64,000 bases of DNA. It comes from Carboxydocellales bacterium (GTDB lineage Bacteria; Bacillota; GCA-003054495; Carboxydocellales; JAJZTU01). The first letter of the stretch is position 1; every line of letters begins with the position of its first letter. Location of the stretch: NCBI GenBank assembly GCA_049302075.1, contig JBAQLS010000003.1, forward strand, positions 176,561 through 240,560. Direction: 5' to 3'. The translations under genes and the position numbers were made by a program. Below are positions 1 to 10,762 of the stretch, piece by piece. A model generated the notes under the pieces. That model worked only from the letters and a program-made list of their open reading frames with translations. It was not told the origin of the DNA and did no database searches.

Positions 1-1368
1 GCTTGGCAAGCCGTAAAGCTGTATCCGGGAAAATTTCGCCAAGCAGACCCATTGCTGCTAATATGTATTCCCGATCCACCCACATTCGTGGGTGCTCAGG
101 CCTTAAACTAATTGGATTAGCCTGATTAAACCAGGCAGCTTTTAATATCCTGGCCGGGTCTTGATGATTAACAATTATCCCCCCGGTACCAATTAAATTG
201 GTAACAGGTGTTAAGTCCTTCCCATATTGGATATAGCATGCCCCAAAAGGAGTGTAAACTACCTCTAAGCTGCCGGCATGCCGTTCCATGGCAAGCTCTA
301 CAGCAATCTTGGCCATTCCTTCCTCCAACAGCTCTTCTTGCTCATTCATCGGCAGGTACTCCGGATTAGCTGTCACCTTGTCTAAAAACGCCTCTATTCG
401 GTCGTAGCCTTGAGCACCCAATAAACCCCTAAAGCGATTGGCACCGGCCGCCTCACATAGAGCCTTGCAGCTATACCTCATGCCCAGATCCCCTTCAACT
501 GTACGCTTAGCTAGAGGTTCCGGCAGACCTTTATACATTATTCCTGCCTTGGACGGGTCACCCTTAGCCACCGAATGAACATCTGTAGTTGCACCTCCCA
601 CATCCACTAAGACCAGCTCACCGATACCCGACTCTCTTGGGGTGCCCTGGGCCAGCAAAATAGCACCATTAAGTACAGCGGCTGGTGTAGGCATCAACAC
701 CCCGTCAAGCAGCTGTTCCGCTTGACTTAAGCCTTTGGCAGACACAATTTTCTCCAAAAATATCTCCCGGATAGTTACCCTTGCAGGCTCCACGTTAAGC
801 TTATTTAGCTCCGGCATCACATTTTCCGCAATTCGGCAATCTAACCCAGCCCCTCGAAGGATTTCTCCCACCTCTTCGGCGGCTACTTTATTACCGGCTG
901 CTACTATGGGAACTTTTAGGTTAGCTTTAGCAAGCAGCTTAGCATTTTGCACCAGCACATCCCTATTGCCACCATCTGTCCCCCCTGCCAGCAAAATAAT
1001 ATCCGGTTTTAGACTTTCCATCCTTAGTATTTCAGCAGTTGTCAATTGGTGGGCAAAAGCCTCCAGTACCCTGGCCCCAGCTCCCAAAGCGGCTAGTTTG
1101 GCAGCCTCTACTGTTAACTCCCTAACTAATCCTACCGCTACCATCTTCAATCCACCGGCGGCACTACTACAAGCCACTTTATGCCCTGCGGTCAAAGGGT
1201 CAATTCCCAGCCTGGCCTGTAAATCAGTACAGGCCTGCTGCAGGCCCTGCAAGATATTAGTCTCCACTGTTGTAAATGCTTTCGCCGTGCCAATTATTCT
1301 TTCAACCTGCAAGTCCACTAAGGTTATTTTAGTATAAGTGCTGCCGAAATCCACTAACAGGGCTAGTT
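1..1368 (-). CDS. glmL: Glutamate mutase accessory protein GlmL (MutL-type, actin-fold ATPase); C-terminus runs off the window
   Basis: Absent from the ORF track because no stop lies inside the window. Manual reverse translation from the ATG at 1368 gives MKVELALLVDFGSTYTKITLVDL... It lies directly downstream of the mutase S subunit, as in clostridial mutS-mutL-mutE operons. The + ORF 735..1337 is its antisense shadow. Confidence 0.7.
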
Positions 1369-1424
1369 CCACCTTCATCCCCCGCTTCCCGCCAAGCGTA
1401 AGCTTTGCACACTCTAAACTGGTG

Positions 1425-1889
1425 TTATCGCAAATCTTGGGTTAGATCGGTAATTAATTCATCCGGAAGAGTTCCTGGAGGATACACTCGCTTAAAGCCC
1501 ATATTTTTAAAATTTTCTTCCACAAGGGCAAAATTCTGTTTACCAATTACTAAATTACCACCCACATACATAGGTATATCCCCTATACCTGCTTCCACGC
1601 ACTTCTGTTTTAACCCCCGACAATCCAGTTCACCGTGCCCATATAATGAACTGATCAAAATTGCTTGCGCGTTTGTTTCTATCGCCGCATTGATAAACTC
1701 TTCCTGAGTTGCCAGCACTCCAATGTTAACAACCTTAAAGCCCGCCATTGTTAAGGCATATTCCAAAATGCGATTACCAACTGCGTGGACATCTGCGCCA
1801 ATTACTCCCAAAACTAAATTCTTATGCTCCACCACTTGCCCTCCCTGCCTGCACATCAGTGAAATCCGGGCTAGTTCTTGTTTCTTCAC
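1425..1889 (-). CDS. mamA: Methylaspartate (glutamate) mutase sigma subunit, B12-binding
   Basis: Contains the DxHxxG cobalamin-binding motif (GADVHAVGN). Alignable by eye along its length to clostridial GlmS/MutS ([34 protein letters not shown]). The true start may be an internal Met. Confidence 0.85.
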   Translation of the reverse strand: MKKQELARISLMCRQGGQVVEHKNLVLGVIGADVHAVGNRILEYALTMAGFKVVNIGVLATQEEFINAAIETNAQAILISSLYGHGELDCRGLKQKCVEAGIGDIPMYVGGNLVIGKQNFALVEENFKNMGFKRVYPPGTLPDELITDLTQDLR

Positions 1890-2014
1890 CTATTCTCTAT
1901 GCTGATAATATTTCCTCCAAATTATTCAAAAGATAATCCCGCCAATAAGACGGGATCATCTTCAGTATAAACTTATAAGGTCATAGTCACCGCTCTACCT
2001 ACTAGGGTACCAGC

Positions 2015-4120
2015 TTATCCGGCAGGTTGATATTCCTCAAAATACTGTTTGATTCCTTCAAAAATGGCCTGGGCAAATTTTTCCCGAATTTCCGCCTTGG
2101 CAAGTAAAGCCTCCTCTTCCCGATAGCTTAAATATGCTGTCTCTACTAGAATTGAAGGCATTGTAGTACCTCGCAACACCGAAAAATTTTCCTGTTTGAT
2201 GCCCAAATCTTTTCTACCAACTGCCTTAATCATCTGGTTTTGTACCGCTTGGGCTAACCTGATACGCTCTGGCCCCTGAGCAGCTAACTCAGGGATACTT
2301 GATGGTGCGTAATAATAAGTGGAGGTACCATTAGTCGTAGAATTTTCCGATGCATTAGCATGGACGCTCACAAAAATATCCGCTTTGTTTTCCAAGGCAA
2401 TGGCAGGTCGTTGCGTCAGGGTAATTTTGGTATCATCAGTGCGAGTATAAATTACCCGGTATCCGGCAGATTCCAGCTTTAGTCCCACCCGCTTGCTAAT
2501 ATCAAAAACAACATCCTTTTCCTGAAGCTTGTTCACACCTAATGCGCCAGGGTCAATCCCACCATGCCCTGGGTCAATAGCTACCGTGTGTATAACTTGG
2601 CTATTTCCCGAATTAGTGCCGTTCTGTCCGGTTTCCGACTGAACATCCCCTACTTTACTTTCAGTGGGGACAATAAGCAGCATTCGCTCATTGTCTCCCG
2701 GCTTGGTAAACCATCTAAATCCTGGTTCTAGCTCCAAATTAACCTGAACCGATGTATTATCTCCCTCAACCGCTCCAGTTGATACTTTAACTAAACCATA
2801 TTGTCCTACAGCTATATCCTGAGCATTTCCGGCCAGCTCGGCATCTCTTATTTTAACCACTAATCGATTAGGTTCCGGTTGTTCATTAACTTCATAAACC
2901 AAAGGTTCGCTGCCTAGGATGGTAATTTTGTTTTGTTCTCCGGTGTCGATACCCATTTCCAGACGGTTGGTCTTGCCAATTAATTTAACCAGCCAACTGG
3001 CAACCCAGCCAACCGAACCATCAATGAGCTTAACTTCCAACCAACTTCCATCCTGGCGCAGAGCCTCAACCCGTGTCCCTTGTGCCAGCTTGGTCACAAC
3101 CGCTGTATCTGAACCGGGACCGGAACGAAAATTTACCGTAGGACTACTTATTCTGGCTGGACAGGGCAACTGAATGGTGTCCGCTGCTGAGCTGTCACCT
3201 GTTGTATTAGTGTTACTGTTACCATTATTTTCGATTTCGGTTTCAGTATTGATTCCATTATTTACATTGCCAGTTTCCGGCTTTGTCTGGGAAGGCGTTG
3301 GCACGGCCTTCTCTTGAGTAGTTACCGCAACCAACCAACTAGCTACCCAAACGGTTTGACCCTTATTTAATTTTACTTGATACCAATCCTTTTCCTGCTT
3401 AATAACCTGAAAAGTCTCTCCCTTTTGGACTTTGCCCAGCAAGGCATAACTTGTGGCAGGTCCACTGCGCAAATTGACATAATCTCCCTTGATGGTAGCC
3501 TGTTCACTCCCGGTAGATTGCTGCTTACTATTTGAATCTGCTTTGCCCTGAGCAACAGCCGGCACGGGTTTACTTTGGGTTACTTCAGTAACCAGCCAAC
3601 CTGCTACCCAGCCCGTTTGACCTTTATTTAATTTTACTTGATACCAATCCTTTTCCTGCTTAATAATCTGAATAGTCTCTCCCTTTTGGACTTTGCCCAC
3701 CAAGGTAAAACTTGTGGAAGGACCACTGCGTACATTAACATAATCTCCTTTAACGCTAAGTACATTAGCAGAGACTTTGGTCGCTTTACTTTGGGTACTT
3801 AGTTTAGGTTGGGAGGATACCTGCTTGCTTTTTTCCGGCGCCGGTTTAACTAGCCACCCAGCTACCCAGCCTTTTTGACCGTTACGAAGCTGTATATAGT
3901 ACCACCCTTGGCTTTGTTTAACTATAGAATAAGTCTCACCTAAATATACTTTACTAATCATTTTAGAACTAATATTTGCACTGGAACGAACATTGACATA
4001 TGTACCGGTAACCACAATTCCCCCTGCTGCGTCGGCCTGAGAAGGTATGGCTGCAACCAGTATGCCCATGATAATCATCAAGATGGTAATTATCGCTTTG
4101 CGATATGATAATTTATTCAT
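2015..4120 (-). CDS. Secreted N-acetylmuramoyl-L-alanine amidase (Amidase_3) with N-terminal SH3b repeats
   Basis: Has a signal peptide and repeated GDYVNVRSGPSTS..GWVAGWLV SH3b-type units. The C-terminal catalytic motifs are VAIDPGHGGIDPGA and FVSVHANA. Confidence 0.85.
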   Translation of the reverse strand: MNKLSYRKAIITILMIIMGILVAAIPSQADAAGGIVVTGTYVNVRSSANISSKMISKVYLGETYSIVKQSQGWYYIQLRNGQKGWVAGWLVKPAPEKSKQVSSQPKLSTQSKATKVSANVLSVKGDYVNVRSGPSTSFTLVGKVQKGETIQIIKQEKDWYQVKLNKGQTGWVAGWLVTEVTQSKPVPAVAQGKADSNSKQQSTGSEQATIKGDYVNLRSGPATSYALLGKVQKGETFQVIKQEKDWYQVKLNKGQTVWVASWLVAVTTQEKAVPTPSQTKPETGNVNNGINTETEIENNGNSNTNTTGDSSAADTIQLPCPARISSPTVNFRSGPGSDTAVVTKLAQGTRVEALRQDGSWLEVKLIDGSVGWVASWLVKLIGKTNRLEMGIDTGEQNKITILGSEPLVYEVNEQPEPNRLVVKIRDAELAGNAQDIAVGQYGLVKVSTGAVEGDNTSVQVNLELEPGFRWFTKPGDNERMLLIVPTESKVGDVQSETGQNGTNSGNSQVIHTVAIDPGHGGIDPGALGVNKLQEKDVVFDISKRVGLKLESAGYRVIYTRTDDTKITLTQRPAIALENKADIFVSVHANASENSTTNGTSTYYYAPSSIPELAAQGPERIRLAQAVQNQMIKAVGRKDLGIKQENFSVLRGTTMPSILVETAYLSYREEEALLAKAEIREKFAQAIFEGIKQYFEEYQPAG
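3330..3753. repeat. Near-identical tandem duplication (about 261 bp period) inside the amidase gene, encoding two SH3b units
   Basis: 3330-3492 and 3592-3753 align almost base for base (ttatttaattttacttgataccaatccttttcctgcttaataa...). More diverged copies lie upstream and downstream. Confidence 0.9.
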
Positions 4121-4279
4121 TGTGGACCGCCCCCTGAACTAAAGATATTTTCGGTTCCAATTAGGTTATTTCTACATTAACTGCCAAAATCCTGCCGAAA
4201 CCTTGCCATTTCTGCTTTTGTAACCTTAGACCATAACTCTGGAATCCACTAACAAGGAATTACTACTATTCTGGAACAA

Positions 4280-4324
4280 CTAAAAAGCAACAAAAAAGCC
4301 TAACCTTTAATCAGGCAGGCTTTT
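4280..4324 (-). terminator. Rho-independent terminator after gerM
   Basis: On the minus strand, the aagcct/aggctt hairpin is followed by a T-run (the plus-strand A-run at 4276-4297). Confidence 0.55.
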
Positions 4325-4350
4325 GAACTGAAAACTTTACTCCCCACAAA

Positions 4351-5040
4351 CTACTTCTTGGCACCAATTAATTCCGGATTGCGTTCTAAGGGTTGGGATA
4401 TATCTAAATGTCCAGCCAACGTTTCCACAATTTGATTATCGATTAGAATTTGCACCCGTTGTACCGATTGAAACTGGGTCAAGGTATTTACAATAGCATA
4501 GACAGTGTTCCCTTCACTGGCAGAGCCTCCGGTATGTTTAGCCTTTAGTTCACTACTAAAACTGGCGATGGCTAACCCGTCAGGCCGAATGTTAATATCC
4601 AGCAGTTTAGTACCCTCAGGAATAGTTTGAACCAGCTGGCTTCCTGGCGTTGGTCCATTAAGTAGTTGCTCGATAGTTGCCCTAGCAATACTCTCAACCT
4701 TAGGAATTTCGCGAACTTCTTTGACCAACATTTGCTCATCTCTGCTGGTAAAATAAAGTACTACCTGAACCTTTTCTGAACCTAATTCAGCATTTTTGGC
4801 AGTCTGGGTAGTTGACTGCACTTGTGTATTATTCCCTTGGAGGACTTTAGCCTGTTCCTCACTTTTTTTAACCGGTTCCAGGCTCACTTCAGTCTGGGGC
4901 TTATCTTCACCGCCTATAAGTAATTTTAGTGTTTTTTCCACTGGTGAACAACCTACAGCAGCTATGCTCAAAATCACTAGACATCCCATTAAAGCAACCA
5001 CATTCTTAAATCCTCTAGTCATAAAATAATTCCTCCTCAC
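4351..5040 (-). CDS. gerM: GerM-domain lipoprotein (spore germination protein M-like)
   Basis: Has a lipobox (AAVGCSP). Tandem GerM-type segments carry LLNGPT..G and VYAIVNTLTQF motifs. Confidence 0.7.
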   Translation of the reverse strand: MRRNYFMTRGFKNVVALMGCLVILSIAAVGCSPVEKTLKLLIGGEDKPQTEVSLEPVKKSEEQAKVLQGNNTQVQSTTQTAKNAELGSEKVQVVLYFTSRDEQMLVKEVREIPKVESIARATIEQLLNGPTPGSQLVQTIPEGTKLLDINIRPDGLAIASFSSELKAKHTGGSASEGNTVYAIVNTLTQFQSVQRVQILIDNQIVETLAGHLDISQPLERNPELIGAKK

Positions 5041-5112
5041 GATAGTTGTCCTGTTCTATCATATGAGGAGGAATCCAAGTTAGAACGCAAGCCTTTGAAT
5101 TTTTGAATTAGC

Positions 5113-5304
5113 TTATTTTATTTTTTCAGCGAACAATTCGCCACCAACGGCATAATGCTCCGGCGAAGATTCATGTAAGATGACGCTTACCGCTTCCTTA
5201 CGAGCTCCAGCCACATTAACCATTACATCAGTAATCTGCCTAACAATTTCTTTTCTCTGTTCTGCGGACCTTCCCGAAAGCATCTTAACTTCAATTACCG
5301 GCAT
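5113..5304 (-). CDS. 4-oxalocrotonate tautomerase family enzyme
   Basis: 63 aa, starts MPVIEVKM (catalytic Pro1); size and pattern are typical of the family. Confidence 0.8.
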   Translation of the reverse strand: MPVIEVKMLSGRSAEQRKEIVRQITDVMVNVAGARKEAVSVILHESSPEHYAVGGELFAEKIK

Positions 5305-5385
5305 GGTGACACCTCCAAAAAATTAATTTTATAAGCATAGCATTCCACAATTTCTCTAGCTTTAATTTTTCCTTTTTGCCCCGTG

Positions 5386-5576
5386 CAGGCTGTTGAAAAA
5401 CCCGTCTAGTGCTAAGCCAGCTATGACCCAATACCCAAGGCGTACTTGCTGTACGTTGAGGATTTTGTCATAGCTGGCGACAAAGCTATCCTGAAAATTC
5501 ATACTTAATTTTCATATACTGTTGGTGCCACGTTAGTGGTATGGATATCTAGACGGGGAATTTCAGCAGCCTGCTG
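5386..5576. other. About 190-nt nested imperfect inverted repeat (structured RNA or MITE-like element) between hppA and the tautomerase gene
   Basis: Outer arms gcaggctgttgaaaaacccgtctag (5386-5410) and ctagacggggaatttcagcagcctgc (5551-5576). Inner arms ccagctatgac and gtcatagctgg. Confidence 0.5.
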
Positions 5577-5585
5577 CTGGATGTT

Positions 5586-7601
5586 TTAAAGACTGAGGAA
5601 TGGAGCAATAATCAGGGAAATAGTACCGGTTACTTTAATTAAGGCATTCAAGGACGGACCAGCAGTATCTTTGAAGGGATCACCTACAGTATCACCAACA
5701 ACTGCAGCTTTATGGGCATCTGTTCCTTTACCGCCAAAATTTCCAGACTCAATGAATTTCTTGGCATTATCCCAGGCACCGCCAGCGTTAGCCATAAAAA
5801 TTGCTAACAGTACACCAGATACAGTTGTACCGGCCAACATACCACCTAAAGCTGCTGCACCTAAACCAAACCCTACAATTACCGGTGTAAGCACAGCTAG
5901 TAAACCGGGAGCTATCATTTGCCTAATCGCAGCCCGGGTACTAATATCTACACAACGGGCATAGTCAGGCTTGCCAGTGCCTTCCATTATTCCAGAGATT
6001 TCCCGGAACTGGCGGCGAACCTCTTCAATCATTTCAAAGGCAGCTTTACCAACAGCTTCCATAGCGAAAGAACAGAAGAGGAAAGGCACGGTTGCACCGA
6101 TAAACAAACCTACCACGATCATCGGATCCAAAAGGTTCAGGACAAAAGCCTCTCCTCCGTTTGCCGACATAAATTTTTCTGCATAAGCATTGAACAAAGC
6201 TAAAGCAGTCAGCGCTGCGGATCCGATGGCAAAACCTTTAGCTACGGCAGCAGTGGTGTTACCAACAGCATCCAGCTTATCTGTTTGCTTACGAACTTCC
6301 GGACCAAGTTCTGCCATTTCGGCAATACCGCCGGCATTGTCGGCAACCGGCCCGAAGGAGTCAATTGCTACCACCATTCCAGCAGTACATAACATTCCCA
6401 TAGCCGCCATGGCAATACCATAGATGCCAGCGAAATAGTGGGAAATCATGGTTGCAGCTAGGATAACGATAATCGGTCCAGCAGTACTGCGTAAACCAGT
6501 GGCCAGTCCACTGATGATGTTAGTTGCCGCACCAGTTAAAGAAGCTTCAGCAATTTTTTGGGCAGGGGGTTTTAAGTTGGAAGTGTAATATTCGGTAATA
6601 AAACCAATGGCTACGTTAACAAGTAATCCACAGACGATGGAAACGAAAACTCCCACTGCCAACTTGGAATCAGCAGCACCGAACATTAGCTGAGCAGCGA
6701 ACCAGGCGCCAATAGCAGTAATTAGGTTGGTTCCCCACAGGCCTTTATTCAAGGCCGCTTGGGGGTTACCGTTCGGAGCCATGCGCACAAAGAAACTAGC
6801 AATTATTGAAGCAACCAAACCAAGGGCTCCAATCAACAGCGGAAATACTATGGCATTTTCCTGAAGAACACCCTTAAAAACAGTATAACCAATCAGCATT
6901 GCTGCTATGGTAGTGGCAGCATAAGATTCGTATAGGTCAGCACCCATACCTGCAATATCCCCTACATTATCGCCCACATTGTCGGCTATAACCGCAGGGT
7001 TCCGGGGATCATCCTCAGGAATACCAGCTTCTATTTTACCTACCAAGTCTGCACCTATGTCAGCAGCTTTGGTATAAATACCACCGCCAACCCGGGCGAA
7101 CAATGCAATTGCACTGGCACCGAAAGCGAAGGGGTCAATATATTCAGGATTAGGGAAAAAGTAATACAATACAGCCACACCAAACAAACCCAAACTAGCT
7201 ACAGACATTCCCATGACCGCACCGCTTTGGAAGGCCACACCAAGACCCTTGTCCAGGCCCTGGATACAAGCTTGGGTGGCCCGAGCATTAGCTTTGGTAG
7301 CAATGGTCATACCTACATAACCAGCAACTGCTGAGAAAACGGCACCTACTAAAAAAGCTATAGCCGCCATGTATGTATGTTTAGAAAAAAATAAAGCCAC
7401 AAATATAATAGCTGTAAACGGAATTAAAGTTCTATACTGGCGGTTAAGAAAAGCCATGGCCCCTTCAAAAATAGCTTGGGAAAGTTCTTTCATCCGTTCT
7501 GTTCCCTGGTCTTTCTTTAGCACACTAACGGCTGAATAAGCTGCGAATAATAACCCCAAAAGACTCGCTCCAAAAGAAATCCATAGTACAAACGACGTCA
7601 C
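5586..7601 (-). CDS. hppA: Membrane-bound ion-translocating pyrophosphatase
   Basis: 671 aa polytopic protein with [17 protein letters not shown] and [11 protein letters not shown] signature motifs. Confidence 0.95.
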   Translation of the reverse strand: MTSFVLWISFGASLLGLLFAAYSAVSVLKKDQGTERMKELSQAIFEGAMAFLNRQYRTLIPFTAIIFVALFFSKHTYMAAIAFLVGAVFSAVAGYVGMTIATKANARATQACIQGLDKGLGVAFQSGAVMGMSVASLGLFGVAVLYYFFPNPEYIDPFAFGASAIALFARVGGGIYTKAADIGADLVGKIEAGIPEDDPRNPAVIADNVGDNVGDIAGMGADLYESYAATTIAAMLIGYTVFKGVLQENAIVFPLLIGALGLVASIIASFFVRMAPNGNPQAALNKGLWGTNLITAIGAWFAAQLMFGAADSKLAVGVFVSIVCGLLVNVAIGFITEYYTSNLKPPAQKIAEASLTGAATNIISGLATGLRSTAGPIIVILAATMISHYFAGIYGIAMAAMGMLCTAGMVVAIDSFGPVADNAGGIAEMAELGPEVRKQTDKLDAVGNTTAAVAKGFAIGSAALTALALFNAYAEKFMSANGGEAFVLNLLDPMIVVGLFIGATVPFLFCSFAMEAVGKAAFEMIEEVRRQFREISGIMEGTGKPDYARCVDISTRAAIRQMIAPGLLAVLTPVIVGFGLGAAALGGMLAGTTVSGVLLAIFMANAGGAWDNAKKFIESGNFGGKGTDAHKAAVVGDTVGDPFKDTAGPSLNALIKVTGTISLIIAPFLSL

Positions 7602-7629
7602 TTAATTTCGCCCTCCTCTTCCTTTTAAC

Positions 7630-7866
7630 TTACTTAAATAGCGCTAAAAAAATTGCTGATAGCAAAAATCCGATAGCTATAAAAGTAGTTAGTTTATGCA
7701 AAAGTTCGTCTAGCCCCTTTTTCTTGCCAAAAAAGGTTTCTGCTCCACCTGCAATCGCCCCGGATAGACCGGCACTCTTTCCAGATTGGAGAAGAACTGT
7801 GGCAATTAAACCAAGGGACAATAATACATGGAATACTGTGATACTACCTTTCAGCACTCTTATCAC
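7630..7866 (-). CDS. secG: Preprotein translocase subunit SecG
   Basis: About 75 aa with two TM segments and the LLQSGKSAGLSG motif. The GTG at 7857 is the more likely start (GGAGGTGA RBS). Confidence 0.85.
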   Translation of the reverse strand: MIRVLKGSITVFHVLLSLGLIATVLLQSGKSAGLSGAIAGGAETFFGKKKGLDELLHKLTTFIAIGFLLSAIFLALFK

Positions 7867-8093
7867 CTCCTGATTCCCATTTTAATCCACACAATGTTGA
7901 TATTATAGCACAGAGCTATCAAAAAAACAATAAATATCGTTTACTTCCGGACAAGGTTTAGTTAAGATTTCGTTAATGATTTGGGGAAAGTAAAGCCGAT
8001 GTTACTATTCAAGTTTACCGTTTTGTCCTTCGATATTAATAGCATGGCGAAAAATAAATTATTACTAACTTTAATTTAAAAGGAGAGAATTTA

Positions 8094-8525
8094 ATGCGAA
8101 AAGTTCTAATAGCCACCGACGGTTCTAGGTACTCTGATAAAGCGATGAAAACAGCTAAAGACTTACTCAGACTGAATACTAACTTAGATATCACCATCCT
8201 TTGTGTAACTGAAATTCCTAACAACCTGTTTAACCTGAATAATCCGGATATAACTCTGGCTAGTTTTGAATATTCCTCTGCCGAGGCAGTAAATAAGCTT
8301 CTGGCCTCAGCTGCGGAATTTTTTACCATGGATGGATTGCAGGTGCGAACTATTAGTAAATATGGTCACCCCGCAACAGTAATCTGTGAAATGGCCCAGT
8401 ATGAGGGCTTTGACTTAATTGTGGTAGGGAGCAGGGGGCTTGGTGCAGTACAAGGCTTATTTATGGGTAGTGTAAGTAGTAAAGTGGCCCATATGGCCAC
8501 TTGCCCAATTCTAATTGTCAAATAA
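8094..8525 (+). CDS. Universal stress protein (UspA family)
   Basis: 143 aa; KVLIATDGS N-terminus and GSRGLG....GSVS C-terminal ATP-binding motif. Confidence 0.85.
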   Translation: MRKVLIATDGSRYSDKAMKTAKDLLRLNTNLDITILCVTEIPNNLFNLNNPDITLASFEYSSAEAVNKLLASAAEFFTMDGLQVRTISKYGHPATVICEMAQYEGFDLIVVGSRGLGAVQGLFMGSVSSKVAHMATCPILIVK

Positions 8526-8547
8526 GTCTAATCATACCCGGGGTTTT

Positions 8548-9231
8548 TTAGTGCTTAGACTTAACTGGAGTTCGGTTAACAAACCCGCGGTAGACTATAT
8601 AAGTAAACATTGCAGCCACAAGGGCGAAGGCTAAGTAAATCGCCCAGGTCTTACCCCGGCTTAAGTTATAACCTAAAGTAGTATACAAAAAAGCCCACGG
8701 TAACTTACCAATAGCTGTTGCCGAAGCAAAGTCCGAAAATCTAACCTTACTAATTCCAGAGATAATACTCACTGCCACCGAAGGTACTACGGGAATTAAC
8801 CTGCAACCACAAATTGCCAGAAAACCTTTTTCATTTGTATAACAAAAATCCCAACCTCTTTTTAACAACCACCGTTGGACAAACTCCTTGCCAAGATATC
8901 TGGCTATTCCAAAGGTAGCACACGCACCTAAGACCCCAGCAGACCAAATAATCAGCAAACCCATAAACATCCCATATAGAATTCCGGCAGCTCCGGCTAA
9001 TAGAAAATATGGAATTATCGGAATAGCACCTTGCAAAAAACCCAATCCGAATATAACCAGCGGTGCCCCAACTGGAAAGGAGCGAATAAAGCTCACCAGG
9101 TGGGGCAATTCTGTTTTTAACGCTCTTAATCTCAGCAACTCACCGGAGAACAGCTTCCAGCCTAATAAAATTAATAAAATTACCACCAATGTAACGGCTA
9201 ATCCATGTTTTTCGCTAAACTTATACTTCAT
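8548..9231 (-). CDS. TVP38/TMEM64 (DedA/VTT-domain) membrane protein
   Basis: 227 aa polytopic protein with a pattern typical of the SNARE-associated/VTT family. Confidence 0.65.
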   Translation of the reverse strand: MKYKFSEKHGLAVTLVVILLILLGWKLFSGELLRLRALKTELPHLVSFIRSFPVGAPLVIFGLGFLQGAIPIIPYFLLAGAAGILYGMFMGLLIIWSAGVLGACATFGIARYLGKEFVQRWLLKRGWDFCYTNEKGFLAICGCRLIPVVPSVAVSIISGISKVRFSDFASATAIGKLPWAFLYTTLGYNLSRGKTWAIYLAFALVAAMFTYIVYRGFVNRTPVKSKH

Positions 9232-9315
9232 TTTGTTTTAGCTTCCTTTTGGGATTGCCTCCGAACGCTTTATTAAAAACAGTATTCCCCAAAACAATTC
9301 CCAATATTGCTCAAC

Positions 9316-9849
9316 CTATAGTTTCAGTCTCATATCTTCAATCCGGCCTTTACTTTTTTCCAAGAAACCTTCTGAGGCCTGTAACTCATCCAAAATCTTA
9401 TTTAGAGTACTGCTTTTCGGATTAGGCTCCTGAAGTACTTTTTTTAGTTTGTTAATATTCTGTTGTTTAAGATAAAGGCTGGTAGAGAGTTCTCCCTTGA
9501 TCTCCTCTAGTATCCCTTGGGTCGGTATCGCCTCTAACTGATCCATAAGTTGTTTAGTTTGACCTTCAACCTTTTCAACTTCAGCAATGGCTTGCTGCAC
9601 ATTTATTTCAGCATAACCATACTTATTTACGATAGCCCTAGTTACTTTGTGTAGTTCCTCGGCCTTTTGCACCAGTGGTAGAACCGCTTTCACAAAATCG
9701 CCAGTAGCTTGCTTATCCACATTTGTTTTCGGAACCTTTACTGAGCTTTTTCCTCCTGAAGTCTTGGAACCTGAGCCACAGCCACTAGCGCCATTTGCTA
9801 TAAATATAATTATCAACATTAACCCTATTACTTTGAACCCATTTCTCAT
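9316..9849 (-). CDS. Hypothetical lipoprotein, coiled-coil rich
   Basis: Signal peptide with a lipobox (GASGCGS); no recognisable catalytic motif. Confidence 0.5.
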   Translation of the reverse strand: MRNGFKVIGLMLIIIFIANGASGCGSGSKTSGGKSSVKVPKTNVDKQATGDFVKAVLPLVQKAEELHKVTRAIVNKYGYAEINVQQAIAEVEKVEGQTKQLMDQLEAIPTQGILEEIKGELSTSLYLKQQNINKLKKVLQEPNPKSSTLNKILDELQASEGFLEKSKGRIEDMRLKL

Positions 9850-9966
9850 TTCCTATCCCCCATTCCCAGACTAGCATAAAAAAACCACAAATAAGAATAT
9901 TCGACAAAAAATCGAATTATCCTTCCTGTGGCAAATGAGAAACAGTTCCAATACTTTGTTAACTAT

Positions 9967-10602
9967 TTATTCTTCATCACCTTGTTCTCTGGATGCAAAT
10001 TCTGCTTCGCTGCCTAGATTACTGCCTAGATTACCGGGATTATCGTTTGTTGAGCTTTCCTCTTCGCAATCGTCCCTATCGAAATCATCAGTTGAGTTAC
10101 CCTCGTTCTCTCCATCTTCCTCTGCTTCGTCCTCCATTAAAACACTAGACGGATAAGCAACAACCACAAGTTTTGCTTCCCCAATTATTTCGACAGTGAA
10201 TGCTGTTACAATTCCCAGCTTAATATTTTCTCCGGTTATCCCAACTACACGGCAGGTAGGCTCTAGCCGTTCACAAACTACAACTTCTTCATCTTTCTCC
10301 AGTCGCCCCTCAAATTCACCAACAACTATTTGTTCATTGTACTCAAAGCTGTGTTTACAAAGGTCAGTCTTGCTATGTTCCTCATAAGAGTACCAAACCG
10401 TCACCTCGTATTTTCCGGTAATAACTACACTGTCGTGGAATGTTTTAGCTGAATACTGATGATTACCTACCCAATAGCCCAAAATGTGCTCCGGTCTATG
10501 GTCCGGTCTGATTTGGTGATCTTTGACAAACTTCTTCTTGCCTTTGGCACAGACGGTCTTGGCAATAATTTCCCTGATTTCTCCCTCATATTCCTGATGC
10601 AT
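9967..10602 (-). CDS. cotE: Outer spore coat morphogenetic protein CotE
   Basis: The N-terminal two thirds align by eye to B. subtilis CotE (EII.K.V.AKG.K.F...ILG.W..NH.Y.A....V.I.G.Y.....WYSY) and are followed by an acidic C-terminal tail. Confidence 0.75.
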   Translation of the reverse strand: MHQEYEGEIREIIAKTVCAKGKKKFVKDHQIRPDHRPEHILGYWVGNHQYSAKTFHDSVVITGKYEVTVWYSYEEHSKTDLCKHSFEYNEQIVVGEFEGRLEKDEEVVVCERLEPTCRVVGITGENIKLGIVTAFTVEIIGEAKLVVVAYPSSVLMEDEAEEDGENEGNSTDDFDRDDCEEESSTNDNPGNLGSNLGSEAEFASREQGDEE

Positions 10603-10699
10603 AATAGACTTTCCCTCCTTAATATCCGAAAAGCTGTTCCACCTCTTTTATCATATGCGTTGGGCAGTTTATCGGTAACAATTTACCTAAACTTTTTTC

Positions 10700-10737
10700 C
10701 TAAATAAAATAAAAGAGGCGGCTATGCCACCTCTTTT
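10700..10737 (-). terminator. Rho-independent terminator after sdhB
   Basis: On the minus strand, the agaggtggc/gccgcctct hairpin is followed by ttttatttta. Confidence 0.6.
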
Positions 10738-10762
10738 TACTATAATATTTTTACGATGTTCC

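Noticed and set aside
735-1337. 200-aa + strand ORF, plus the 1405..1707, 1723..1905 and 1748..1936 + ORFs
   Set aside because: They are antisense shadows of glmL and the mutase S subunit. They have low-complexity Ala/Ser/Leu/Pro composition and no RBS, whereas the minus-strand products have clear family motifs.
5386-5576. T-box leader, because of acgtggcaccaac resembling the T-box GGTGGTACC
   Set aside because: The motif sits at the 5' end of the minus-sense element, not in an antiterminator preceding a terminator. No specifier-loop, AG-bulge or GNUGNA elements were seen.
8036-8329. 97-aa minus ORF overlapping the universal stress protein gene
   Set aside because: It is antisense to a well-supported Usp gene with clear motifs, and it has no RBS.
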